64,000 nt of DNA from Octopus vulgaris (taxonomy: Eukaryota), in NCBI GenBank assembly GCA_951406725.2, contig OX597839.1, positions 35,774,001 to 35,838,000 on the forward strand. Reading direction: 5' to 3'. Below are positions 25,973 to 35,790 of the stretch, piece by piece. A program made the translations under genes and the position numbers. Under the pieces are notes generated by a model that saw only the letters and a list, made by a program, of their open reading frames with translations, ran no database searches and was not told the DNA's origin. Each line of letters starts with the position of its first letter. Position 1 is the first letter of the stretch.

Positions 25973-28900
25973 TATTTAAAGTGTACACTATCATATATCC
26001 ATTATGGCTGATTTTACCAATCAATTTTGCACTAGGGGTCCAATGGGATGTTAGCTAATATGTAATACACAATGGAAGTGACATGAAAGTTACAATACAA
26101 ACATGGGTTACATCTGATGTATACACTCTCCCGTTCGTGTGTATATACATTAGTGATTAACCCCATAAGTGAGTATAAAGTTAACAAACAAAGCTAAATC
26201 AAATGTCTTGACATCAGTCTAAGTGACTGGTATCTGAACCGAACAGTAACAACACAGTCTGAGACGGCTTGTTAGTCTTGCTGATGGCAAGGCAACCCTT
26301 ACAGGGCTGGTGCCATGGGAAAATTGCACAGAGTACAATCTGTAAAGTAGTCACTGTGGGGAAGGGCAAACGGCTATAGAAACCATGCCAAAGATGAAAC
26401 ATTGGAGAAAGACATGGTTTTCTAATTCATTGAATCCTTTCAAACAGTTTTTTCTCATGCAAGCATGGAAAACAGATATAAAATATCATCATTTAAGGTC
26501 TGCTTTCCATCCTGGCATGGGTTGGACAGTTGGACATGGAGTTGACTTGCAGGGAGCTATCCAGACTTCAGTTATCTGTAGAGGCATGGTATTTACAGCT
26601 GGACGCCTTTCCTAATGCCAACCACTTAACAGAGTATGCTACGTGCTTTTCATGTGATGATAATAGGTTTGGATGTATGGTCAAGAAACTGACTTTCCAA
26701 ATACATGGTTTTGAGTTCAGTCCTGCTGCACAGCACCTGAAGCAAGTGTCATCATCTTCAATAGTTCTGAGCCAACCAAAGGCTTATGGGTGAATGTAAT
26801 AGAAGCAAATGGAAATAAGCCTCTTGTATATGTGTGAACACGTACATCCAGATCTGAAAAGTGACCTGGCAGAGAGTAACATTGTTGTCATTTCTCCAGT
26901 TAGTAAACTGTCTACCGACTTTGTTCCATTAAAGATGTGTGAAATAACAGATCCCTTACTTGAAAAAATTATAAGGGTTCTCATAGCAGAATGATCATAT
27001 GTCAATAGCCTGGTCCTCATAGTCGAAGCTATTGAAGAATTACTCTGCACCACCAGGAAAGTTCCAAATCTGGAAGTGTAGTTGAGAGTCCAAACACCTA
27101 ATTTAAATAAACTTCACTATCAACTATTCAAAGTGATTTGAAGAACACACTAGATTCTCAGTGTTAATTTAATTCTTCAGTCCTCTATTGACTAAAGCCT
27201 TTGGTTAAAGAATAAAACTATTTAAAAAAAAAAGGTTTTGGTCACTGTATTTAAAAGAGGCAATTTTGTGATTGACAATTTGATGAAAAAAAAAACAATA
27301 ACCGATGATCACAGCTTCGTTGTTTGCAAGAGAACAAACAAAACTTCAAAAATTAAGAAACAAAACAATTAAGAAACAACCCTGACCTCATCGTTAAATC
27401 CCATATGCATACCACAATCCAACATGATGTTCTTACCACCAACAGTAACCAGGATACAACTTCGACCAACATCTAAAAAAAATAATTGGAAAAAAAAAAA
27501 TCAGTACAAAGCAATTGGTAAAATTACATTTTTTATTATTTTCTTTTTAAATTTCTAATAAGCCCAGAACCCTTTTATTTTTGAGAAAGCACAGGATCTC
27601 TTTGTCTAATTAAAAAGAAAAAAAAATCAGCATATTTTGTCTAATTAAAAAACAATAAAATTATAAGAAAAACAATTACAGAATCTCTTTGTCTAATTAA
27701 ACCAATGAATTATAGAATCCCTCTAATTGAGATTAATTAATAAATCCTAAGATGTCTATCTAATTAAAATATAAACCAATAAATTTCGATGAGGAACAAA
27801 AATAAAACAAACTAAGATAATGTCTAAATTATGGTAGAAACAGTTAATTTCTTAGGGATACATATTTAGAGGCAGCAAAATATTAAGGGGTATGTTTTAA
27901 ATATGTAAAAAGCACTAGCCCTTATGAAACCCTAAGGAATTTATGTGAACTGGAGTCAATAAAAAAGTACTAACCCAAGATGGGGGAAATGGTGGAATGG
28001 TAAGAATGTGAGACTGGGTACCTTGCAGTATTTGTTCCAGCAGTTGGTGGCCAAACTGCAAACCCTGTCACTACCTTCTTGGACAGTTGGCTTAAAACCT
28101 CCTCCTGACCCCTTGGGTAACTTTAGCAGAATCCACTCTGTTACCTAGTTTAACACCAACACCTGGCCCCTTGAATACCTTTAACAGAGCCCACTCTGTT
28201 GCAATGATAAGGATCAGCTTTCCAGTTTGAGAATACCACCCTCCCTCCCACCAGTATAAAAGGCCCTGCAAAGGGTTATAGACAATGTGCTCATAACAAA
28301 ATCTCTCTCTATATAAACGGCAGTTTGTCTGTGCGTTTTCTGTGTGTCTGTTTTCTCGTACCCTCACCCTGACCACGGCTTTCAACCGATTCTGATGAAA
28401 CTTGACACACACATAGCCCAATGTCATAATTCAAAACTAACGCAGCGAAAATTTTGAAAAGTTCCCCCAGTTCTGAAAAAAATCGATAAATTCGACATGG
28501 GGTCGAGAATCAGAAACCCAAACCACAGACCGTCTAGGGGACGCAACTCCACCTTTTTTAACTCTCAAAAAAATTTACCATCATTTTTTTCCCATTTTTT
28601 TGCTATTTTTTGGCTATAACTCTCTAAAAATGCTTTATAGTTATTTCCTTACAAACCTGAGCAACGCCGGGCGATACTGCTAGTAAATAGATAAAAAGCT
28701 AAGACAGCAGAGATAAGAATCAATCATACGGATCAATGTAGATCAAAGATTTGCTTTTTTACTCTCCTAATGCTCTTGTCCAATTATCCCTTTTTACCTT
28801 TTTTCAAAACAGGAAAAATACCTTTGGGGTATACCAACACTTGCCACATGATAACGTTGAAGCTACATACAATATTTTGTTTGTTTGCAAAAGAATGAAA

Positions 28901-30449
28901 CCAGCGGAAATTCCTTCTTTAGGGGCCATATTTAGCTGCCATTTGTGAACCTAGAAATCACAACCATTTTACAAACAACTCCTTAAGTTATTAAAAACAA
29001 AAAACTAAAAACCAGTTTTCACTTGATGTCATACCTTGGCCAGCACCTGAAAAGAAAAGATAAACATAATTAGTTTTCGGTTCGGAAAAACAAGCTAACG
29101 AACTGGCAGCTTATTCAAAACATATTTTATGGGGATTAACTGAGTGATTAATGAAATAAGTCAAGTCACTCCAAATCATCATCATCGTTTAACGTCCGTT
29201 TTCCGCGCTAGCACGGGTTGGATGGTTCGACCGGAGTCTGGGAAGCCAGGGCTGCACCAGGCTCCAGTCTGATCTGGCAGTGTTTCTACAGCTGGATGCC
29301 CTTCCTAACGCCAACCACTCCGCGAGTGTAGTGGGTGCTTTTTACGTGCCACCTGCACAGGTGCCAGGGGGTGGGGGTCTGGCATCGGCCACGATCGGTT
29401 GGTGCTTTTAACGTGCCACCGGCACGGAAGCCAGCCAAGGCGGCGCTGGCATCGGCCACATTCGGATGGTGCTTTTTATGTGCCACCGGATTGAAACAGG
29501 TTTGGAAGGAAAAAGCTACAATGGATTTGAACAGTTGGTGGTCCAGTACTTTATTTATTGGTCAGTTTCCTTTAAGGTTATTTTGGCGGTTGATTCAATG
29601 ATCAAACAAAATTTGAAAGCAAAGCTACAGTTGTACCAGTATGACTTCATATGTAGATTAAAACACTCGTTTGCTGTCCAGTTTTCAAAACCTAAAGGTG
29701 TCTAAAGAAATTGTTGTCTACCATGAAATTTCCTGGCCTGTTATCTTAATCCTTCTTATGGTTTACGAAGAAGAAAAATTAAATGGGACTGTGGCCATGC
29801 TAGGGCACCGCCTTGAAAATTTCTGAAGTCAAATGAATCGATCATAGTACATACGTTTTTGTAAGCCTCGTATTTATTCTATCGATATCTTTGGCTGAAC
29901 TGCTAAGTTACGGGGACGAAACACACAAACACCAGTTTTCAAGTGATGTCGGGACACACACACACAGATACGACAGGTTTCTTTCAGTTTCCGTCTACCA
30001 AATCCATTCACAAGACCTTTGTAGGCCTGACACTATAGTAGAAGACACCTGACCAAGGTGCCACGCAGTGGAACTGAACCCGGAACCATGGGGTTGTGAA
30101 GCAAGCTTTTACCACACACTCTCTCTCTCACACACACAAACACGTCCATTTCGTATATACGTAGATACATCTTTCACTTTCTGTTCTCACTTCAAGGCAA
30201 ATGTTGTCTTCCACACATCATGAAAACAAAAATTTATCGTGCTTATAAACATTATAAAGTAAGTTTCTCTAAAAAACCAAGGCTTTTTATCTTGCTTTCC
30301 CTTGGTCCAGGTTGTCCGGCGCGAATTTCGATATCGCCAAAAGTTGTTGCCCGGCGGATAAAGATTCTACAAAAATTAGTCAATACTGTAAAATATCACG
30401 ACAAATACACAATAATCTCACCCAGAGGAGTAACTTTTATCTCAGTCAT
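4318..30449 (-). CDS. INTS11: Integrator complex subunit 11 (CPSF3-like MBL/beta-CASP endonuclease); 18 coding exons, 1794 nt, 597 aa
   Basis: Exons join in frame from ATG (30449) to TAA (4318): [19 protein letters not shown]...[12 protein letters not shown]...[12 protein letters not shown]...[16 protein letters not shown]...SFSAHAD...VHGE...[19 protein letters not shown]. The HxHxDH and beta-CASP motifs are intact. All introns are GT-AG except one GC-AG. Confidence 0.97.
5081..5204 (-). CDS. INTS11: INTS11 exon 17 ([41 protein letters not shown])
   Basis: ttccag / gtcaga sites. Confidence 0.92.
5282..5645 (-). mobile_element. Non-autonomous Helitron
   Basis: Minus strand A|TC...CCCGAGCAACGCCGGG hairpin...CTAG|T; no TSD. 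Confidence 0.8.
6071..6213 (-). CDS. INTS11: INTS11 exon 16 ([27 protein letters not shown]...)
   Basis: ctacag / gtaagc sites; ELGL..HQLRFT motif. Confidence 0.92.
8084..8148 (-). CDS. INTS11: INTS11 exon 15 ([22 protein letters not shown])
   Basis: atacag / gtaaat sites, phase-compatible with neighbours. Confidence 0.88.
8166..8922 (-). repeat. SINE-B head followed by four tandem body units of about 184 bp
   Basis: GAAATACC junction recurs at 8320, 8503, 8687 and 8871. Confidence 0.9.
9379..9895 (+). mobile_element. CR1-clade LINE 3' end
   Basis: [14 protein letters not shown]...[10 protein letters not shown]...YSERL...LRR...TRGH...[14 protein letters not shown]; short 3' UTR and (ATT)n tail. 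Confidence 0.9.
10640..10750 (-). CDS. INTS11: INTS11 exon 14 ([37 protein letters not shown])
   Basis: tttcag / gtttgt sites; PANGE motif. Confidence 0.92.
11590..11752 (-). CDS. INTS11: INTS11 exon 13 ([20 protein letters not shown]...[19 protein letters not shown])
   Basis: Weak gttaag acceptor (in-frame alternatives 6, 12 and 18 nt downstream), gtaagt donor; SAHAD and VHGE motifs. Confidence 0.9.
12800..12886 (-). CDS. INTS11: INTS11 exon 12 ([29 protein letters not shown])
   Basis: ttccag / gtgagt sites. Confidence 0.95.
13736..13858 (-). CDS. INTS11: INTS11 exon 11 ([41 protein letters not shown])
   Basis: tttcag / gtaagt sites. Confidence 0.96.
15267..15607 (-). mobile_element. tRNA-derived SINE family D (fragments at about 3452-3570, 14420-14570, 46985-47097, 50907-51050)
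   Basis: GGCGCGTGGCTCAGTGGTTAGAGC head and TGTGTTCTTGAGCAAGACACTT core. Confidence 0.75.
15661..15756 (-). CDS. INTS11: INTS11 exon 10 ([32 protein letters not shown])
   Basis: ttgtag / gtattg sites. Confidence 0.95.
17059..17520. repeat. 158-bp tandem repeat, about 3 near-identical units, extending a family-C element
   Basis: GGCCACGAGTCGGATAGTGC starts at 17059, 17217 and 17375. Confidence 0.9.
18587..18706 (-). CDS. INTS11: INTS11 exon 9 ([15 protein letters not shown]...LGLTEK), GC donor
   Basis: ctccag acceptor; ends AAG|gctagt; the next exon begins with ANHYYK. Confidence 0.9.
19005..19420 (+). mobile_element. tRNA-derived SINE family A, representative copy. Others approx.: 2073-2458-, 10087-10487+, 15961-16345+, 29785-30117-, 32733-33105-, 33164-33461+, 36507-36890+, 39497-39869+, 43523-44055+, 48845-49197+, 50190-50593-, 54719-55084+, 58950-59339+, 61740-62373-
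   Basis: A box TGGCTGTGTGG, B box GGTTCAGTCC, ACCTTGGGCAAGT core, internal (TA)n(TG)n, common tail ...CAGCATGGCCGCAGTCAAATGACTGAAACAAGTAAAAG. Confidence 0.9.
19562..19735 (-). CDS. INTS11: INTS11 exon 8 ([18 protein letters not shown]...VEKGGK)
   Basis: cacag / gtaagt sites. Confidence 0.96.
21302..21400 (-). CDS. INTS11: INTS11 exon 7 ([33 protein letters not shown])
   Basis: ttccag / gtaagg sites; AGHVLG motif. Confidence 0.96.
21963..22265 (+). mobile_element. Retroposon family C with (GAT)n tail. Others approx.: 4545-4885+, 6490-6850-, 11315-11540-, 12130-12392+, 16772-17095-, 29176-29488-, 33850-34095-, 47235-47527+, 63465-63670+
   Basis: Repeated GGTGGCACGTAAAAAGCACC units, GGCGTTAGGAAGGGCATCCAGCTGTAGAAAC core, ...GGACGTTAAAC(GAT)n tail. 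Confidence 0.85.
22463..22579 (-). CDS. INTS11: INTS11 exon 6 ([39 protein letters not shown])
   Basis: tttcag / gtatgt sites, conserved translation. Confidence 0.95.
22604..23317. mobile_element. Tandem array of three family-1 piggyBac-type MITEs
   Basis: Units 22604-22812, 22844-23065 and 23097-23317, each TTAA-flanked, with a shared spacer gaattgtttc(t/a)ctatt. Confidence 0.85.
24198..24309 (-). CDS. INTS11: INTS11 exon 5 ([37 protein letters not shown])
   Basis: Metal-binding HxHxDH motif; tttcag / gtaagt sites. Confidence 0.96.
24688..24777 (+). ncRNA. Degenerate type-I hammerhead ribozyme motif with long stem II
   Basis: atct-CTGAGGA-gcagaagtgtggtc...gacaacacttctgc-AAAG (GAAA expected)-cgatcg-TA-ggat. 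Confidence 0.55.
25558..25631 (-). CDS. INTS11: INTS11 exon 4 ([25 protein letters not shown])
   Basis: ctcag acceptor, gtaagt donor. Confidence 0.95.
25721..25945. repeat. 47-bp perfect inverted repeat element with one-sided tail between (TA)n tracts
   Basis: tattgttatatttcggaatggtcattttgccagtttagccaataaaa (25721-25767) and its reverse complement (25858-25904). Confidence 0.8.
27387..27472 (-). CDS. INTS11: INTS11 exon 3 ([29 protein letters not shown])
   Basis: ttttag acceptor, gtcagg donor, conserved translation. Confidence 0.95.
28302..28683 (+). mobile_element. Non-autonomous Helitron sharing its 3' end with the 5282-5645 element
   Basis: A|TC...CCTGAGCAACGCCGGG...CTAG|T. Confidence 0.8.
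29035..29046 (-). CDS. INTS11: INTS11 exon 2, 12-nt microexon (G-A-G-Q-D)
   Basis: tcttttcttttcag|GTGCTGGCCAAG|gtatg; supplies exactly the missing GAGQ of the conserved PLGAGQDVGRSC motif. Confidence 0.9.
30422..30449 (-). CDS. INTS11: INTS11 coding exon 1 ([10 protein letters not shown])
   Basis: ATG ACT GAG ATA AAA GTT ACT CCT CTG G|gtgag. Confidence 0.92.
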
Positions 30450-30942
30450 CACGAATGGTGTCGGGTCTTTGGGGTTTTCTCAGGACGAATGGAGAGAAAA
30501 CAAAGAAATTTAACCGGGAGTCGAAGTTTTCATCAAACTTCGAACCAACGAACTACCATTTTGTAAGGACCGCACTTATCAACTTTTGTTGTTGCCCGTT
30601 AATTATTAATAATTTTAATGTTATTTATTTTAGATTAATTATTTTAATGAATCGAAATTATTAAAAATATTTACAGACATGTAATTTCGTTATTTCTTTA
30701 CAAATTAATATTATTAGTAGCGTATATATATATATATATGTATGTGTGTGTATAATTTAATACATTCTTATGCAACGAAGTCCGTTCCGCAGTAAATTTG
30801 TTTATTTCCTTTTAAAATGTTTCTGGTACGTGGGTGGGAGTCATTTCTCATTTAGAGACATCAACACCCGGTTCTTTCCCAAAGTTTGTCGTTGTTTTCT
30901 CTTTCTCTTTCTTTTTTTTATAAATCCGGTTTTCCTCTCAAC
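30450..30942. promoter_or_regulatory. Putative bidirectional promoter and 5' UTRs shared by INTS11 and CPTP
   Basis: 493 bp between two divergent start codons, locally CpG-retaining, no recognisable TE, with a central (TA)/(TG) tract. Confidence 0.75.
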
Positions 30943-31058
30943 ATGTCCACGACGGAATTCAAACTAGAGACTTTAGCCGATGCCCTCGAGAAATGCCAAT
31001 TAGAAGACAACACTTTATCCATGGATGCTTATCTAGAATCTTACAATGAAGTTACCAA
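30943..31058 (+). CDS. CPTP: CPTP coding exon 1
   Basis: caacATG start; AA|gtaagt donor. Confidence 0.88.
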
Positions 31059-32692
31059 GTAAGTTGCTGGGTTTTTTTTAAAAGACATTATTTATTATCC
31101 TTTTTTTGCCGATGTCACGATCTTTTAACCATTTCTCCGGCATATATCGTTGTTTCTCTTCACTTCTACACCGTTGTCATTCAGTGATGCTTCTTCTTTA
31201 ACCCCGTGTCGGTCTTCTATACGGAGCAGACCTACAATCAAGGGGGTTTCCGATCGTGACCATCTCGTCTTTCAGTACGTCACACACTACATCGGGCACG
31301 GGCAAGCCTTTTTTTTCCAAGAGTGTACCACACTAAACAAAATTCGTGGTAATGTTTTTCGTTAGGCATGCTATTCAGAAAGTCCCGCGGGCCGCAGCAG
31401 GTTGCCCGTGACTGCCCTACATCGTTCGATGTATTCTTCGTTGTTATTCTTTAATGAAGGTGGGGTATAACTTGAGAGAAATTTGACTGCTATCTCTAGC
31501 AGATCAAGCAACCACATAGGAGTTCTCGTTGGCTCGGGTGGAGTATGTTAGGCATGGGGGCTGAGGTAACGAATACGGACACCACCCGTTTCCGAGGTAA
31601 CCTTAACACCGATCCTAAACATTGGGTGTGCCTATTCTTTACCTTCGCCGGCATGGGCGCCCTTTATCGAGAAACGGGCCTCATGGGACATGGTTCATCT
31701 TCAGAAGGGCCACACGGCTAAAAACATTAGAACCTCAATTTTCGTTAAGCGTGCCGTTCAGAAACTCGCGCGGGCCGCAACAAGTTACCCACGGTTGCAC
31801 CACATCGTCCGACGTACCCGCTTTTCTATTTTTTCTTTAGGCGTGTCATTCAGAAATTCCCTGGATCGCAGGTTGCCCATGACTATTGTAATACATGTCA
31901 GTATGTCAGGATAAAAAAAGAATTACATTACTGGCTGATGTCAAGTGACAAGAAGGCCAGTGTGCTAGAAAAGTTGTCAAAGCAAGTTTTCTGGTGCGTG
32001 TAATAAATAATTGGCCGTGTTTTTCTTCTTTTTTTTTAAATTCATGTCAGAAAATAAGGTTATCTTGTACTATAACGTTTTCGAACGAAGAATTTCCGAT
32101 ATGCACAAAAACTAATTATAATAAATAAAGAGTCCGATTCATGTACAGATATTTGAGAACCTACATGTTAGTAAGATGTTTCCATGGCGATTAATGAGTT
32201 TAGGTTTCTTACTTTATACAATTTAATCAAGCGAGCAATTGTAATGGTTCGTTTGGCAACTGGCGAAAAAAATTGAATATTGAATATTTTTTTCTGTGTT
32301 GCTCATATTTTGGATTCTAATTAACATGTGTTTCTAAACTCAAGGATCGCGATATTCGCGCCCGCATGCACACGCACAGACACACACATACACCTTTTTT
32401 CAATCCTTGTACTGCGACCATGCTGGGGCTCCACCTTGAAAGGTTTAGTCGAACAGATTGACCCCAGCATTTATTTTTTTTAAAGTCTTGCACTTACTCT
32501 AGGAACCTATTTGTCGAACCGCTAAGTTAGCAAACACAACACAAGACGCACGCTCCCATATCCATTATGACAAGCTTCTTTTCCGTATACGAAATCCCCA
32601 CACACGAAGCTTTGGTCGGGCTGAGACTTTACTGGAAGATGCTTGCTCAAGGATCCACACATGTGTTTAGGAAGCAAACTTCTTGCCCCTCT

Positions 32693-32732
<40 letters not shown>

Positions 32733-33107
32733 TTTTACTCTTTAGTCTTTTCGGTCATTTGACTGCGGCCATGCTGGAGCACCACCTTTAATCGACCCTA
32801 GGACTTATTCTTTGTAAGTCTAGTACTTATGCTATCGGTCTTTTTCTCTTTTGCCGAACCGCTAAGTTACGGGGACGTGAACACACCAGCATCGGTTGTC
32901 AAGGGATGTTGTGGGGACAAACACAGACACACACACATATATATACATATACACGACAGGCTTCTTTCAGATTCCGTCTCCCAAATCCACTCACAAGGCT
33001 TTGGTTGGCCCGAGGCTATAGTAGAAAACACTTGCCCAAAGTGCCATGCAGTGGGACTGAACCCAGAACCATGTGGTTGGTAAGCAAGCTACTTACCACA
33101 CAGCTAC

Positions 33108-33141
<34 letters not shown>

Positions 33142-35349
33142 TACATACATATACACACTTTATTTGGGCAAGTGTCCTATATTATAGCCTCGGGCCGACC
33201 AAAATCTTGTGAGTGGATTTGGTAGACACAAACTGAAAGAAGCCCATTGTATATTTATATATGTGTATGTTTGTGCGTCTGTGTTCCCCCCCCCACATCA
33301 CTTGACAATTGCATCCCTGTAACTTAGCAGTGTGGCAAAAGTGACCAATAGAATAAGTACTAGGATTACAAAGAATAAGTCCTGGGGTCAATTTGCTCGA
33401 CTAAAGGCGGTGCTCCAGCATGGCCGCAGTCAAATGACCGAAAAGCCTAAAGAGTAAAAGAATATATATGTATATGATGGGATTCCTCTGTCATTATAGA
33501 TGCTTTAGGGTCCCAATGGCTTGTGCTTGTGACATCAGACCAACTCTAGTTTTACAAAGCCATATCCTGGTTCTCACAGAGTGCAAACAAAGCAATCTGG
33601 TGACCAAGTTGGATTCTTTTTGTTTTTCCTTTGTCCATTGTTAACTTTATCTAACCTTGAAGCCTTTTTTTCCACATTGTTTGTCGCACTAGAATACCAG
33701 AGCTGTACATAATGACAGCAGCTGATAATTACAGCATTTTGGCTTGGATGTATGGAATATTTGACTTTTCTAATTGGAGGTATTGTCAGAAGATATACAT
33801 GATGGAAGTTGCTGGTGTGGGTATGAGAGTGTAAATAAAAATGCTGAAATATCATCATCATCATCGTCCTTTAATGACCATTTTCCATGCTGGCATTGGT
33901 TGGGCTGTTTGATAGGAACCGGCCAGCTGGAGAGCTGCACTGGGTTCCATTTGCCTGGTGTGGCATTGTTTCTATGGCTGGATGCCCTTCCTAACGCCAA
34001 CCGTTTTACAAAGTGTACTAGGTCCTTTTCATGTGATGCTGCCACCGGTGCATTTTATGTGGCACCAGCACGAGTGCCCCGTAGGTGGCACTGGCACGAG
34101 TGCTTGAGAAGCTTGAGAGGCGGTTGGATGGAACCTACACTCGCCTCCTTATGAGAGCTCAAAATCTCTCGTGGAAGCGCCATCCAACCAAAATGCAAAT
34201 ATATGGGAAACTACCACCTGTGTCATCTCTTGTGAAAGGTAGGAGAGTCCAGTTTGCTGGACATTGTTGTAGAGCTGAAAAAGAAGTAATTTCTACTCTT
34301 CTCCTCTGGAAGCCAAAGGGCGCACACTCTCCTACCCTGATGTAATCTCCAGGGATACAGGCATCCAGCAACAGGACCTCCGTAATGCCATGATGGACCG
34401 TGAAGTCTGGCGTAGCATGGTAAATTCCATTGTCTCGACCATGGTCGAACAATGATGATGACGAGTGCTTCTTACATGGCACCAGCACAGGTGCCCTTTA
34501 TGTTGCCCCAGCATGGGAACCTGTTATGTGGTGCTGGGACAGGTGCCAATTATATGGCACCGGCAGGGGTGCTTCTTATGTGGAACCATAATAACTCCCT
34601 CCCCCAAAAATGTCAGGTTTTGTGCCTATAGTAGAAAGGATTATTATAATTATTACTAAGGACATTTCTTCCACCTTTATTTGCTTTCATCCTTTCAGGG
34701 TTGATAAATTAAGCTACCAGTTGATTACTGGTGTTCATGTAGCTAACCTCTTCTGCCCCTTAAAATTGCTGGCCTTGTGCTAAATTTTGAAACTGTTATT
34801 ACTATATATATATATTTTTTTTTTTTCTTGTTAATCTTTTGCAGATTCTTATATCTTCTTGGCAAAGCGTTTGTATTTGTTGGTTCGGAGGTGAATAGCA
34901 AGGTTTCCATTTTGTACAAATATAGGAATTCTTCAGACGGGGAAAATTACGTCACCATCAACCGAATGATGCAGTATGAGATTGAGAACGAAATCACCAC
35001 AAAAAATAGCTTGTCTGGATGCAGGACGCTCCTCCGACTCCACAGGGCTTTCGAGTTTGTGATGGAGTTCATTAAGCAAATGCGACACGCAGCCGAAGAC
35101 GTGAAGCTTTCCGTGCTCACGCAGAAGAAAGCGTACGACGACACACTGGCCAAGTTCCACCCTTGGCTTGTCAAGCAAGGTGTGTATATCGCTATGTACA
35201 CCCTGCCGAAGAAAGCGCAGCTTGTCGCCAAGCTGAAGACTGAAGAAGATGACAACAAACAGATCGACCGGGTTATAGAACATTCGAGAATCGTGTACGA
35301 CACGTTGCAGCAGCTTTTTGTTGAGAATGAATTAGATGACTTGCCGTAA
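30943..35349 (+). CDS. CPTP: Ceramide-1-phosphate transfer protein (GLTP fold); exons 30943-31058 and 34845-35349, 206 aa
   Basis: MSTTEFKLETLADALEKCQLEDNTLSMDAYLESYNEVTK|FLYLLGKAFVFVGSEVNSK...SGCRTLLRLHRAF...LAKFHPWLVK...TLP...LDDLP*. SGCRTxLRLHR, HPW and the C-terminal DLP are CPTP/GLTPD1 signatures. Phase-2 GT-AG intron. Confidence 0.93.
34106..34460 (+). mobile_element. RTE-like LINE 3' end with 10-bp TSD
   Basis: LERRLDGTYTRLL...LSWKRH...RRVQFAGHCCR; (TGA)n tail; TSD ACGAGTGCTT at 34096-34105 and 34461-34470. Confidence 0.8.
34845..35349 (+). CDS. CPTP: CPTP coding exon 2
   Basis: ttttgcag acceptor; open to TAA; GLTP-domain motifs. Confidence 0.95.
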
Positions 35350-35454
35350 TGTTGGGTGTAATTTATAGATTCACTGTGGAACATAAATACATGCAGACAT
35401 ATTTATTCGAATATTCTATGCACATACTCACATGTATGAACATTATGGGTGTAT

Positions 35455-35723
35455 AATGTACATACATATGTATATACATACATATATACATACAAATATA
35501 TATATATGCACTAACATATATTTATATATATATATATATGCACTAACATATATTTACATATATATATGCACTAACATATATTTATATATATATATGCACT
35601 AACATATATTCATATATATATTTATATATATATATATATATATACACATGCACAAACATATATATATATATATATACATATGCACAAACATATATTCATA
35701 TATATATATATATATATATATGC

Positions 35724-35766
<43 letters not shown>

Positions 35767-35790
35767 CATACACACACAAACACACACAGA
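35455..35790. repeat. (TA)n-rich minisatellite with units of about 30 bp (TATGCACTAACATATATTTA) downstream of the CPTP stop
   Basis: GCACTAACATAT recurs four times among TA tracts. Confidence 0.85.

Noticed and set aside
26784-27100. Unique-looking stretches with short ORFs (also about 2490-2770, 13380-13620, 14820-15200, 28000-28260)
   Set aside because: Stops in all plausible frames; probably ancient LINE debris, not assignable by eye
34933-35384. 116-aa and 145-aa minus-strand ORFs
   Set aside because: Antisense shadows of the CPTP exon
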